A DNA stretch of 51,431 bases, filler included, from Sphacelaria rigidula (Eukaryota): the NCBI GenBank assembly GCA_964200075.2. It is 4 parts of 4 records of this genome, joined end to end, with 100 filler letters (N's around TTAATTAATTAA, not from the genome) between each part and the next. Parts side by side here need not be neighbours in the genome. Positions count along the whole stretch, not along the records: positions 25,768 to 38,550 come from CAXNAA020003422.1; positions 38,651 to 51,431 come from CAXNAA020003423.1; 2 more parts are not named here. One strand, 5' to 3'. The notes under the pieces are model-generated. The model searched no databases. It worked only from the letters and a program-made list of their open reading frames with translations, and was not told the origin of the DNA. Positions within the stretch are counted from its first letter, which is position 1; every line of letters starts with the position of its first letter. Shown here piece after piece: positions 34,435-46,900 of the stretch. The translations under genes were made by a program, and so were the position numbers.

Positions 34435-35286
34435 AACGTCACCTGTTGTGTTGGCGTGATGTCAGTGGGCCTGATGGGAGTATCCACAGCGCACCTGGAC
34501 CCGGCATAGGTGAGGGAGAGATGTCCACAGTCCACTTCATGATACATTCCGGAAGGTTGTTCGGGAAATCCCTGAAGAAGTGGCTCGTGACTTCCATCGA
34601 CACGGATCAGTGGATCATTGTACTTTCTGGCGATGTCCTCCGGGTGTATCAAGCCGCATGGCTCAGGCGCCGTGCTAGTCACGGTCAAACGCATCGTGAA
34701 TGGTGGCCCCCAGTACATACTGGTGAACCGGGTGTACAGTGCGATCGAGAATCTGAGAAATGGGAGCGAGAGTGCCTGGCCGCCCGACGGCCAGTACGAT
34801 TGGCTGACACCATCAATCAAGGTGGCACTGTTCGTTTTCACCCACCTGCTGGCCGGGTGCGAGTTTTTACCACATGTGTCCGGGATTCCTTTCCTGAAGA
34901 TGTGGGATTTCGTTTTGAAGGCCATTCGCACGCCGAACCTTCTCACGGAAGCGATACTGGCGGACAAAGATGGGAGGCTCAGGGTGGAGATGGACGAGGG
35001 CGTGAAGCTGCTGGCCACCGTTTTCTTCTTCAGGTGCGAAAACGCTGTCTCACAAGTTGCCACGGATCCGGGAATTCTGTTCACCACGTGCGGACAGGAC
35101 TTGGCGTCGTACGTGAACAAGACCCGCCTGTGTATCACCACAGCACATGGACACCAGCCTTCCTGCTGCTGCCCAGACTTGGACGCTTGTAAGAAGTACG
35201 TGAGTGAGTCCGATGCAGAGTTCGAATACTGGGGGGGAAGCTTCCTCCGCAGCATGCCCCCAGTGAACTTCAACGGACGCGGGTGA
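34435..35286 (+). pseudogene. PIN-fold 5'-3' nuclease (XRN/FEN1/XPG-like), frameshifted at about 34620
   Basis: Three acidic motifs occur in canonical order: GIGEGEMS (cf. XRN PGEGEHK), LVTSIDTDQWII (cf. DAD/DSD) and, in the next frame, VFTHLLAGCEFLPHVSGI (cf. GNDFLPH / GCDF..hpG). Confidence 0.65.
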
Positions 35287-38200
35287 GGCATAAAACCTGA
35301 GAGTACTCACCACAAGGGTGGTGTAAAAGCGTCGATACCAGCGGGGGTGGAGCTGTCACGCGATAACATTGTGGCGTACTTGTCGAGTAACACATACGTC
35401 GACACACCCGGGAACCTGCAAATACTCAGATGTGCATGCAACGTGGAGCGAGCAGCGCACCAGGGGCACCTGTTGATATAACTGATGGTGACGGGCGTTA
35501 CGGGCACGACGGCGGGAGGCAGGGGGTAGGGACGGCGCATCTGGGACAAGAGCCCATCAGTGGCTACTTTTGCGACGGCGGATCAGATAAACCCGTCGGA
35601 CACAAGTCGAACTCTGCAGCCGGAATCTGGATCGGAGATGCGGATTCAGGATGCAGTGGGTCCGAGAGAGAGGACTCGGCATCGGAAGCGGGCGACGACA
35701 ATGAGGGAGATCTTGCGTTCTGATTTCAGTTTGTGGATAATATTGGGGTTGTTCTTTCTGTAGATAGATTGCGCAAACGTTTCTGTACAATTCAAGGTTG
35801 TTTTTTCCCAGGCTTTAGTCATGAGCCGTGTCTCCTGTACATGGCGATGATGGTTCGTGCATGTGGGGTGCACCGTGGGGTGCAAAAGTGTATGGGGAGT
35901 GATCTGGCTACGCCCGTCAGCGAATTGCCTGTGGTGCATGGGGCTACATAGTTATGTCAATCAAGTGAGTGCTCCAACGCAAGAGGACTAATCTGAACGA
36001 CACCATGGTATGTCAGTCGATCTCTCGACTTACCGTGCAGCACTGCCAACGCTCGCGCCTCAACGCTATGGCGTTCGTGCAGGAAGAGAACTGCCGGGAA
36101 TCATCCGTATCACTTTTTTGTTGAACAGTTGGACGAACAACATCGCATGGTGTTCTTCGTCACACTCTCGCCGATATCCTTGATACTGTACACCATCTGC
36201 ACCGAACCGGAGGGTCGTTTCACCACTGGTCTTGCGCATCACACATCGGGTCGATTTTTCGCAACGATTTATTTAAACCGCTTCTTCTGGTAAAACACAA
36301 CATGTTGAGCGACTGTTTTCTCTTATCCTTCCTTGTTTTGGGCGTAGATGATGGCTGGGCGGATGTTGCCCCCTCGGTATGCCTTGCGTTTATCGTCGGA
36401 AAATAGGTTACGTCACATTAACGTATTCAGATGCTCATGTTTTATTTGTTTTGCCGAAGTTGTATGTTCGTCCAAGAACTATGAAAATCAGTCGAGTCCA
36501 GAAGAAAGTGGTGGTCGGGTGTAGAAATCCATGAGACTTATTACCTCGTGTCGACTGTTCGTAGACACAAAATGCTAGTCCAGTCGAGAACAAATCTACG
36601 GCCACCGGAAAATGCGAACGTGACACGGGTTTTTCCCCCCGGACTTGATCACCCCGGCAGAAGAGTGTATGTGTAAAAACAATTAAACTGCCACCACCAG
36701 AAAAGGCTAAGGTATCCTCGACGTTTCCCCCCCCCCACGAGTATCGGAAGCCACTAGAAGCTGTCAACACCCCCCTACCTCCCTTTCGGACGCAAAATAA
36801 CACAGATGAACAAAAAAATAGTGCTACGAGCTGGACCAGCAGTAAATCCCGCATTTGCATGTCACGCAATAAGTTATCAAGTTTACCAAATCGGCCCCAC
36901 TTCAGCATTTGGTGTGACCTGCAGACCAACGTGGTAACGCACGGGACCGCCGCTGAATGCAAAAACTGAAAACAAATGTACTGCATAATGTATCACCTAA
37001 GCGACGAAACAAAAAAAAAGGAATCCGTCGGGATTCGAATTCGTGACCTCAATAATTCGAGTCAACTGCATCACTTGGATTAAACGAGCGCAGCCGTGCC
37101 ACACGAAAAGTTGGATGCTGCGTCAAATTTCTTGAAGTTTCGGCTGCAATTGCACCAGGGTCTCCTCCCCTGAAAGACGCACAACTGCAGTAGGGATGCC
37201 CACGTATTTATTGATTTTCACGGAGTTACACCTGTAACATTTTCATATTTTTTGCAGAAACTTCAAGTCGCTATAACTGTATGTTTTCTTTTCCTCTTGG
37301 CATCCCCAGGAAGATTGTGCGTAGTGATGATAGATGTTGTGTCAAAATTTCAGCGCCATACGCTTCGACTTATCCACTGCCCGGCCCGGATACATTCGTA
37401 GCTCCCTGTCAGCTGGCCCAGCTCGTACAAAATTTTTTTGGCGTTGTTTGTTCACCATGAGAACTGACCTTAGACGCGGAGGGATCACGGCCTCACTGAC
37501 GACAGTATGCATGTGTGTGTGCACGCTATGTTTCGGGCAGCAGCGTCGCGCGCCACCGCAGCTATAACGCCATGCACATGTTCAAACCATCTTCTCTGCC
37601 GATAGGCAACGCTGTCGTTTCCACGAAAGAGTGTGGGAAAACATATCTATGACTACGAACACACCTGAACGCGGCGCTATTGTCGCTGGCTTATTTTGGA
37701 TATCGGCTTCTTTTGTATTTGATATTTGATACGCTCTTCAACCGCATCTCATGTGTCCCAACACCCTGCGCTGAGATGGCAATATCTCGATACACACAGC
37801 AGCTGCAGCGATAAATCAAGTTGCTCTGTGCAGCTAAGACGCACATCCATCAGCCCTAGACGTCACGGCTGCGCATACCCTTGCCTCAGATCAAAATGTA
37901 GACGTATAGTAAGGTTCATCTATTGCAATATCCGCACGATCCCGAGAACTAATTGGTGCGATCTTGATGTTAAACGATAACTATTAGTAATCACTACATG
38001 CCACTTGAGTTTCAGCTGGCTGCCATTCGTGCAGCGCGAGTTATCTGCGATCGCGTGTAGGTCGGCCATATTGGAAAATGACTTTCGGGCTTGTACAGAT
38101 TTCGTCGAGTTTTTCCCCGGTCATCCGTCGATCGTTCGTGTACTGTACTGGGTGGAATTGAACCAGACTTCGACGGAGGGGTAGGTTAGGATAAGTACTA

Positions 38201-38550
38201 TAGCTGTGCATCAGCATAGTTGTCATTATTTTGCCTTGTCGACTTTTTGTACTTCAGCAAGTCGGGTTTTGGGGGGTGGTGAAAAACGTGACACTAAACT
38301 GGGCAAAACGCTGTTTTCCCGTGCAAACTCGCTCAGGGCCTGTCTTAGGGCCTGTCTTAGCACTTGTCTTTTCTATCGAAAAAATGAGGCGGTGGAATCG
38401 ATTCGAGCGAAAAATTCTCGTTTTGATGCAGTTGGGTCCGGATGGGTTTTCAAGCTTTCGATGGAAAAAATACAGTGAAATTCGTGAAACGGTATATGGT
38501 CTGTACTGTTTGCACTGCTTGGAAGTAGGGTGTCTTGAGTGCGTGTGTGC

Positions 38551-38650
38551 NNNNNNNNNNNNNNNNNNNNNNNNNNNNNNNNNNNNNNNNNNNNTTAATT
38601 AATTAANNNNNNNNNNNNNNNNNNNNNNNNNNNNNNNNNNNNNNNNNNNN
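38551..38650. other. Artificial contig spacer
   Basis: N44-TTAATTAATTAA-N44. Confidence 0.98.
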
Positions 38651-38720
38651 AGAATCGTTAGGAGCCCCTGAACCAGACAAAATTTCGCGAAAAAAGTGCA
38701 CCCCTACCGTAGCATTGCTC
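38651..38720. mobile_element. Right end of the Harbinger-like MITE at the contig edge
   Basis: AGAATCGTTAGGAGCCCCTGAACCAGAC...GTGCACCCCTACCGTAGCATTGCTC. Confidence 0.8.
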
Positions 38721-40429
38721 CGAAAGGGGTGCCCTGAGTAAGACACGGAGGGATTTAAGCACGCAACTGAACACATCTCATTCCCTGGAGCTCTGATTGA
38801 CCTCGGGTTCCTTGCGCTTGATTCCTGTTGATCATGTCTTTCACGTTGGCAAAAAATACAATTTGAAATATCTTCAGATTTTGCGTGCAACTGGGAATGG
38901 TGAGGGTGTGTGTACGGCGCCTCAGGAGAGACGCGTTCGAGAAAACCGGTAAAACAGCGTCACGTGCTTCGAAATCGCTCGTGTTCTTTGCTGAGATGGG
39001 TTGGAACCGATCAGACGCAACCTGTGCACAAGTTGAGGGCCATCAGAAGTTTTGTGGCGGCGCACACCAGTGGCATGCTGCTGCAAAGCTTCAATCAGGC
39101 TTCAAAAATCGACACCAACTCGGATTACCTTCGTCCCCCCCCCAAAAACAAATCGGCATAGGTCAAGCGGCCGTGATCGAATTCTCGTGACCATCGGACG
39201 AAATGGTGAGGTTTGGTAAGCCAAACGTCTACACTTTTCGCCCGGAACACTCAATCAATCCTTAAAATTCAGGGTCTTCACTGCCAGAGCTGACACTCGG
39301 CAACGTCAATGGTGAGGCTAGCCCGCACCTTCTGCAAAAAACTGAGCGCGCTCAGACACTCCAGTGTCAAGAATCGAAGAAAAAGTGCCCACGCCACAGG
39401 CCAGCCCGTTAAATCAAGTAATACTGAAGCCCTGACTGCAAAAAAATATACAAAAATTCCAACTTGTCCCTTCATAAAATGTACACCTCGTTGCACACCT
39501 TCTTCCTTCATTCAAAACTAAAATGATTGATTTCATTTCAACATATTCTCAACAATCGATTAGCTCCAGTTTTAGTACGATCAACGAATTTCATTCATTC
39601 TATTTCGGCCGAACAAGGTAACATGTGACCGCAATAGAAAGTAACTCCATTATCCTCGCGAACATCAACCTAAGACAAACGTTCCACCCGCCCAGCGATT
39701 ACAATACCAGAATCTTCTTCGTTCCGGCTGGCGATACAAACCACGTTCGCTCCCTTCACGACTTCTCCCTGCTGCCGTTGCTGCTTCTCCCTGCTGCACC
39801 GTTGCTGCTTTTTCGTGGAGTACGCGCGCCTAAGCACCGCGACTTATTGCCCTCCCCGCCGACGTGTATCCCCTCGCTTTACGCTGTGGGCCAGACAGTT
39901 TACGATATTCTCCAACGCCCGCCCTCCACCTCTTATCCTCTCCGTAGTAGAGTACACGCGACAAACCAAGACAGAGCCGCGTGACTTATATAACCCGTAT
40001 GCCGTCAATATGGCCGGGTGCACACGGCTTGGCGAGCCGTGCGACTATCACATGTTGTGCAAATATGTAACTCCCCATACCTGTCACGTCCACTACAAAT
40101 CCCCCCGTATTGCGCGTATATGGCAACTCAATGACGCACGTCTTACATCCCCCTCTCCCTACACAGGGCGGGGCGATACCCACGGCTAGATAACGTGGGG
40201 TTCGGTTGAGCTTCTTCCCGAAAAACAAGACCGCCTCCACGTTATCCTCTCGACCTCCACTACTACATCCACCCGTAATGGAGTACGCATCTTCATCAAA
40301 TCCCCCCGTCACCATTTTACGATGGGGAATACCTACGGCTGTACGCGCCGCAGGGTTTAGCTGCCTCATTGAAAATTTGTATCACGATTGAATCCTGCAG
40401 CAGCCATGCTCGACATCACGGAGTCCGAA

Positions 40430-41614
40430 TCCGACTCCGGTAGCTCAACCATCAAGAAAGCGCCAAGTTATTTCCTCTCCGGCGCAGACGGGCACTCACT
40501 TTCGTCGTGTCCTCTTCCACCGCACCTATCGTAGAGCTTCGTTGTGCAGTTGTCGCTGTAGTGCCTCTTCGCCCGGCACCGCCAGCAGGTAACCTAATCC
40601 ATGTCGTTTCCATCATCGTTTCACCTTCCTTGCCTGACCGCCTTTCTCCTCGACCCCGACCTGACCTTCCTCGTCCTCCACCCCCGCGACGGCTGTTTCC
40701 GCGTTCTTCTTGATTGTAGAACGCATGGAGGTCGGAAGTCGCGTTCTTCTTCCCTTGGAGGATTTCAAAGCGGTTGCGAACAATACGCATGATGGTGCCC
40801 CTATCGTATCCGTCCATGAGCCCGATGTCCCTCATCTTTTGACCGTACTCGACAGCGGGGAGGCCGTGCACGAAACACATGTAGATTGTGCCAGGGTGAA
40901 GTTTCATATTAACACTCTCCAAGCTTGCTTGTAGTTGTTCCAGGCCGATCAGTTTCTTGACGGGGTTGTCGTGCTTGCCCGTCTTGAACCCTAGCAATTT
41001 CTTCTGGAGAGCATGCTTTTGGTCGTTGGTGGAAGAACAGTGCCACTGAACGAGTTTCTCCCAAATCATCCTAGGAGATCCCACGGTCGACGCTAGACTT
41101 CAACCCCTGAGACAGAGCATCCCCCTTCTGCGATAAAGGCGTCTCTGTTTGATCCGCCTATTCCGATGTACCTGTCACTAGAGAAAACAGAGTCGAACTT
41201 GTTGAGTTTGGCATAGACTTGAAATTGCCTGGCGTAATTTTCGAAACCTTCATTCTCCTTAGCTCGGGAACTTTCAGCTTCATCAAGTTGGGATAGAGCT
41301 GCCTTCCCCTAGTTGTGCCGAGCGGATAACTATCACCAGCCTCCGCAGCATCACTTTCACCTCCATCCTGATTTTCCTCACCGGGATCCATCCCCCGACG
41401 AGGCAGATGGTACTGCTCCCCCTCCCGCAGAAACTATAATGGCACCGCCACCGGACTCCGTCAGCACCATGAAGTCGGACATCATCTTCATGAGCTCCTC
41501 ATGGGACTTCCTCACACGTTCCTCAGCACGGTCTTGGCCTTCCTTCATCTGTATCTTCAGCTGTTGTATAGAGTTGTTTTGCTCGGCAAGCGCTGCTACC
41601 ACATCGCCATCCAT
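40430..41614 (-). mobile_element. Decayed Ty1/Copia gag (UBN2-like domain plus two CCHC knuckles)
   Basis: KHALQKKLLGFK...DNPVKKLIGLEQLQASL...FVHGLPAVEY, an RGG-rich linker, then in a shifted frame CWRCRAKRHYSDNC and (Y)DRCGGRGHDESEC. The N-terminus starts at ATG 41614. Confidence 0.75.
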
Positions 41615-41698
41615 GATGATGCACTTGACGTCAATATTCTAGAATGTTCGTGCACCGTCGCACCGGTTAGTGTGACCAAGGGTTGGTCAATGGATTGA

Positions 41699-42182
41699 TG
41701 TTGAAACGTGTTATCATCGGTCGTCTATCTTGCAGCAGCAGATAGAGAAAGCAGAAAGAGAGAGAGTGAGGCAAAACACCAAGCCACACAATTCCCGATC
41801 CAAGATCACCAAATACCAATAGCCCGTCGAACCGACACGTAACCGTCAATGCTGAAGTCACACCGACACAGAACCACCAGGCCTTCTCTCGAGTACGAAG
41901 TGAAGTGTGGCAACGCAAAGCCTTCGGCACTTTTAGTAGACTCTGTCCAGGGACACATGGTGACAACCCTCGAAAACACGGAAGCGTCTGCTGTTTGTAG
42001 TAGGTTATATTCAGTATTTGGTGTAATAAGAATGTGAAAGACTTGAATAAAAGGAGCAACAAAGAGGACACAGTTCTTGAGTGGTCCACTTGGTTCTGTG
42101 GGATGGCAAAAGAGTACATTACCGGCCCACTTATAAGACGCTTGGAAATGACGCTCAGCCTGGGTTTCTTCTTTCACCAACA
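41699..42182 (-). repeat. Putative 5' LTR of the Copia remnant
   Basis: TGTTG...CAACA termini directly upstream of gag. The inner boundary is uncertain because no clean primer-binding site follows it. Confidence 0.5.
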
Positions 42183-42608
42183 TTAAGCACGGCTATATCT
42201 TAGCCGTCTTATAGTATTTAGTGTGGCGCCGGGCGCTGAGCATATTTTCTTCAACCAAATTTCTTAATTTTTGAAAAATCTGAGCCTCGCTTTCTTTAAA
42301 ATGTGTTTCTCATGAACGCCGGTACTGTAATGTGTGATTGCCAGGACGAGAATGGGTGAGAACAGCGTACATAGGGCGGGGGTTGAGAGGGAGGGAGTTT
42401 TTTTGTGGCACATTGATTTCGCGTTGAGATGGTGAAAAATAGCTGAGTTAACTGTAATTCCATCACACAACCGGGACGCCGAGGCTCATGAGAAATCTCT
42501 CCCTATCCCCAAACGCGCCCCTTGGGCTCCGATCTCACGGGAAAATGTTGTTGGGAAATATTTGCGGTTCGTTCAACATACTCCATATTAATCTCTACAA
42601 CAAGCAAA

Positions 42609-42972
42609 ATGGCTTCTCTCGCAACCCACGCTCGTCGCGCCGCTTACACAAGTGTTAAAAATACCGTTCTCCGGCACATCGGCTCCGATAGCGCCGGTGG
42701 TGCATAAGAAAAATGTGAAGGAAAAGGAAGGGACGCACTTTGTGATCGCCTGGGTGGACACAAGGCAAGGAGTGGCTAACGCCTTTCGGTGCCATCGATA
42801 TCATCACTAAACACGAGGTCATCGAAGTGAAGCACTTCGGGACACATTATCCTCAGCTGCGTCTGTCTCCATCTCTTTCGCAGTCCGGGAGACACGGGAA
42901 CATCGAAGTATTGCGAGTTAGCCAAGGCAGTCTACTCTCAACGCGAAATCTATGTTACATTTGAAGTGTTTG
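42609..42972 (+). pseudogene. Decayed PD-(D/E)XK-type nuclease domain of the kind fused to KilA-N in giant viruses
   Basis: RDALCDRLGG / KEWLTPFGAIDIITKHEVIEVKHF / GTHYPQLR / LHLF / CELAKAVYSQREIYVTFE, read across frameshifts. Confidence 0.6.
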
Positions 42973-43298
42973 ACCAATATCCCCCGACAGAACCAACATC
43001 GCATCATCATGTAGCGGGATTCTTCTCCTGCCCTCACACCAACGGTGTCACAAGGGCGGTTATCAGCACCGAATCATCCAATCATTTCATGTCTCCATGG
43101 TGAAATACCACTATCCCCCGACCGAACCAACATCGCATCCCCAACAAAATACGCAACCCTCCTCGAATGTACGGAGTACTAGTATGTCTCGTGTCTCTTC
43201 AAGAACCGCAAAACGCGTGCCTCCACTGACCATCACCACCAATAGGAACATTTACGTATCATGATACGTGAACTGCTACCGTACATCCGCAGCGAAGC

Positions 43299-45585
43299 TT
43301 ACCACTTTGGATGAATCCTTGTCAGCCTCATGACTTGCCCAATGGTATGATTTTCCACCTCATAAACCCACTGGTTGATTAACCTCGAGTACTTGAGCCC
43401 TAGACAGCACGTATCGTGCTCAGCGGGCCCCAAAGGGGGCGCCCCGCTCACGCTCCACGCGTCACCCTCCGACACTACCGCATGATTCACAACTCCTGAA
43501 CCAGATAGGCGCAGAAGGGTGCCCCTCGGATCCTTGAGCACAGAATGGCCTTTCGAGGTAACGCCGAACTCGTACCCCAAATTCGCAAGTGTAGGCCCAT
43601 CCAAAGCCCTTTTTAACCCTGGGCGATCACCGCGCGCACCAGCGATGTAGCAGTCGAGGTCGTCCTGCTTATACAGGCCAGCCGCTAAAACTTCCTTGAG
43701 AGAGAGGAATAGTACTTCGAACTCCTCGTCCTCTTTCAGGTGCGTCGCGCTGTTGACCACGCGGCGTCTTGCCAACCCGTCGAGAGGTAACCAATTCACG
43801 TAGTAGCACCTGTGGACCACCCCCGTCACTCAAAGTACCGCACTCACCGCACCGGCAAACACACCGAAGGTTTCAGCAGCACTCATGACTGACGATAGCA
43901 CTGCGACGGCTATGATACCACAGACCGAAGAAGCAACAAAAACAGATAGCGTAATCCACGGAGTGCTCCTAGAGTACACGTTACCCCCCCGACACCAGAA
44001 TTTTCCCGATGGCCGCAGCGGAGCCGGCCCCCTTGGCGCCCAAGCTGCGCGGAGGGACAACAGCATAGCCAATACATGCATCGCTTCAGTCTGCTTGTGG
44101 CGCGTGATGTGCATAATGGTGTCGTGCGTAGCAAAGACGCGTCTCCCATTGTTTTCTACACGAGGTTCCAGGTAAACTTGCACGCCGCCTCACCATTGTC
44201 GTCGCCGAGTTCGACCGCTGGGTCCAAACGATATACCATCGCTTGCGCCTCCAAATAGCGCTCATCGCCACCATCTAACGCAAAGCTCTTGTCTTCTCTC
44301 CTGCCATCGGTATTCAAGAAATTCCCAGCTTTGAGCAGCTTCTTGGATGGCTTTGAGTGCTTGCACAATTCAATCACCAATACCCTCCTATCGCCCTGCA
44401 AATATGCTGTAATCTAGTGTGCGTACTCCGCCGTAGTCATCGCACGCAAGAACTCTACGGCACAGTCTATATCCTCAGAAGTTATCACGGTGCTGCGTCT
44501 GTCCGACAGACTTTCCACCGTACACCTCTCGCCTACCACGACGCTGGAATCGGTCACTGGGAGAGATCCTCTAACTAACGAGATTTCCTGACCGGACCGG
44601 GCCGTGTGCTTTGACCCTAAGATCCCGGAATATATATCGCGATAGACGCCGAACACTTCACCATGCGACACCGACACTTTCTCTCCTTCAGGATAGAGTT
44701 GGGAGGGTTCGGCGGGTGGATCGCTTCTAAAGAGCAAGTCGTGGGCCTCAGTCACACCTATCTGTTCACCGACACGACCGCCTGGTCTGTGCCAGGATCG
44801 CTACCAAACTCTGGGACATTCAACACACGACCTGCCCACTCTAGCAGTGCTGTCTTATCACCAATGCGACTAAATAGTACGTCTTCATTGATATACCCCG
44901 GCCAGATGTGGGATGCTAATCGCGTTTCCATTTCCTCCCGTGCGATGTGGGCACCCTGGGACGGAAAGGCTGGATAGAGGTGAGCTTTACGTGGGGACGC
45001 CATCATGAGCCTTCCAGCCTCTTGTCCGCACTTCCTCTCCAAACTAACCCAACCTCGATCTGTGTTTGTGGATACGAACACGAAACTATCGATTTCCCTT
45101 TCCAGAGAGACAACAGGGCATGCCAAGTAAGCTTCCAGGCCCTGGTCTACCCACGACGATGGCCGTTGACTGCCATGTGACAGCAAGAAGAGCTTGTCGA
45201 ACCAGAACTGCACCCCAGAAAAATCGAATTGTCCCCTGAGCGCAGAGACTGACTGACAGAGGGCTTCGACTTGCCAGTCAACCAAAAACAACACTTCTGA
45301 AACGTATTCATACGAAACCGCGACTTGCAAAGCGTCGGGGTCTACACCTCCGGAGAGCAAACTCTCCACATTTGATTTGCTTCTCCCCTTCAGTGCTCGA
45401 GATACAGCTGATCTGATAGATTCCACGCTCCCATTAAATACCATTGAAAACCCGAGCTTCCAGTCCATTCTTATCAGTGAACCTGAACAACTGCGGCTCG
45501 TTTGGGGTCGGCAAGTCCTTCCCAGACTGCCCCGTGCCTGTCTGGCAGGAATTTCGATTGGCGTAACCGTGTACCTGGCGATCAC
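43299..45585 (-). pseudogene. Interrupted intronless ORF (~750 codons) for an uncharacterised protein with a hydrophobic membrane segment
   Basis: Five abutting minus-strand ORFs. 44414-44755 and 44156-44401 share one frame, and 43830-44183 and 43299-43829 share another, each pair separated by a single stop. Hydrophobic stretch PWITLSVFVASSVCGIIAVAVLSSV...FGVFAGAVSAVL. Confidence 0.6.
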
Positions 45586-45870
45586 TTATAGATTCTACCT
45601 CACGTTCTCCGTCGCGCCAGCTTCTTTGTAAACCGAACCCGCACGTGTCCCTCGATCGATTTCCCCGCCAGATCCTGTCAAACCACGGAAGAATCAACCA
45701 CTATGAAATTGCCACCCGAGAGTAACGTTGCGATAATCATATGCTGCTGAACAAGCAACCCCTTGCACTGAATCATGTCTAGACAAAAAAAGTGATTTGG
45801 CTGTCAAGACTATAGACGCTGTTCGGATAGATTGCTACGCCACGGTAGTCATTTATAAAAACCAAGTTCT

Positions 45871-46215
45871 GGAACGAACTCTAAAATGCACGGACGTGCT
45901 GCTTCTCCAACCCAGTAGTATACAGCATCACAAGCCTATACGCGTCAACCACAGACGATTCACCTTGAACGACGCAAGAAGTGTTCCAACTTTGTCGCCA
46001 ACACAGGACAAAAGTAGAAGCACGCTACAACAGGAAGTACTGCTTTAAATCACGCCGACACGCACCTCTGCGGCGAAATGCTACGCCTTGGGTCGGAAAA
46101 AAGGGGGGGGGGGGGGGGGGGGGGGGGAAAAGCCAACCACTCAAAAAAAAAAAAGGGGGGGGCCCCCCACACAAAATTTTAGACTGCGCCCCACCANNNN
46201 NNNNGGGTGCGGGGG

Positions 46216-46249
<34 letters not shown>

Positions 46250-46900
46250 CGGGGGGTGGGGGGGGGCAGAATGCTACGACCTTCAAGGTAAACAAAGGTG
46301 GGCCGGCATCCAAATCGATTCATGAGGTCACGATCGAAACTTCCTTAATATTCCTCACCTGCGCGCAACGTGCTAGATGGCAGCTGCCCCACCACTTTTG
46401 GAAGACTGCACAAAAGCTTTCAAGAATTACGGGTTTGGTTGATTCTCACCTGATGGAAACGTGCGGCTGTGGGGCTGGACTATGTCTTTCTCGAGTTCAA
46501 CGCGCGCGCTGGCTGCCGCCGTTGGCTGCCTGTGTGTGCCATGTAAGGAACAAGGACCGGAGGCAATTGGGCGCGGACAGACATTGTAAGGGTGTCGAAT
46601 GCATGGAAACAAGGGCTCTTTCTGCTTCCTACTATTTATATTTTCATTTTTGTTTGTTTGTTTGTTTGTTTGTTCGTACTGAATACTGATTCTTCGTAAG
46701 ACGTCACATTACGCAACGCAACGACAGCAACGCGATGCTGCAAGTGTGTACAGCAAGCCAATAGAGGGCATGCCAAAAGCGGAAACTTGTATATTGTATT
46801 GCACCTCATCGAAGGGCGCAACTTTTAAGCAAATGCAACACGACTTCGGGGGAAAGAAAACAAAGGTGGGACAAGGGTGCACAAAAAAAATCCGGCAACT
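45871..46900 (+). repeat. ~1-kb dispersed direct repeat, copy A (copy B at about 49789-50750)
   Basis: Colinear blocks GGAACGAACTCT, CAACCCAGT, TTCCAACTT.GTCGC, GCGGCGAAATGCTAC, AAACAAAGGTGGGCCGG.ATCCAAA, TTTTGGAAGACTGCACAA and GGCTGCCT.TGTGTGCC.TGTA. Confidence 0.75.

Noticed and set aside
34386-35291. 301-aa minus-strand ORF, and the C-terminal half of the 415-aa plus-strand ORF (33945-35192)
   Set aside because: These are shadow frames of the frameshifted PIN-like coding sequence and have no recognisable motifs.
46100-46270. Gly/Pro-rich ORFs and G-quadruplex-like tracts (also 16125-16325 and 48800-48940)
   Set aside because: They are homopolymer G/C runs adjoining internal N gaps, probably low-quality sequence. 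The duplicated segment at 16070-16125 / 16243-16297 is likely a gap-edge artefact.
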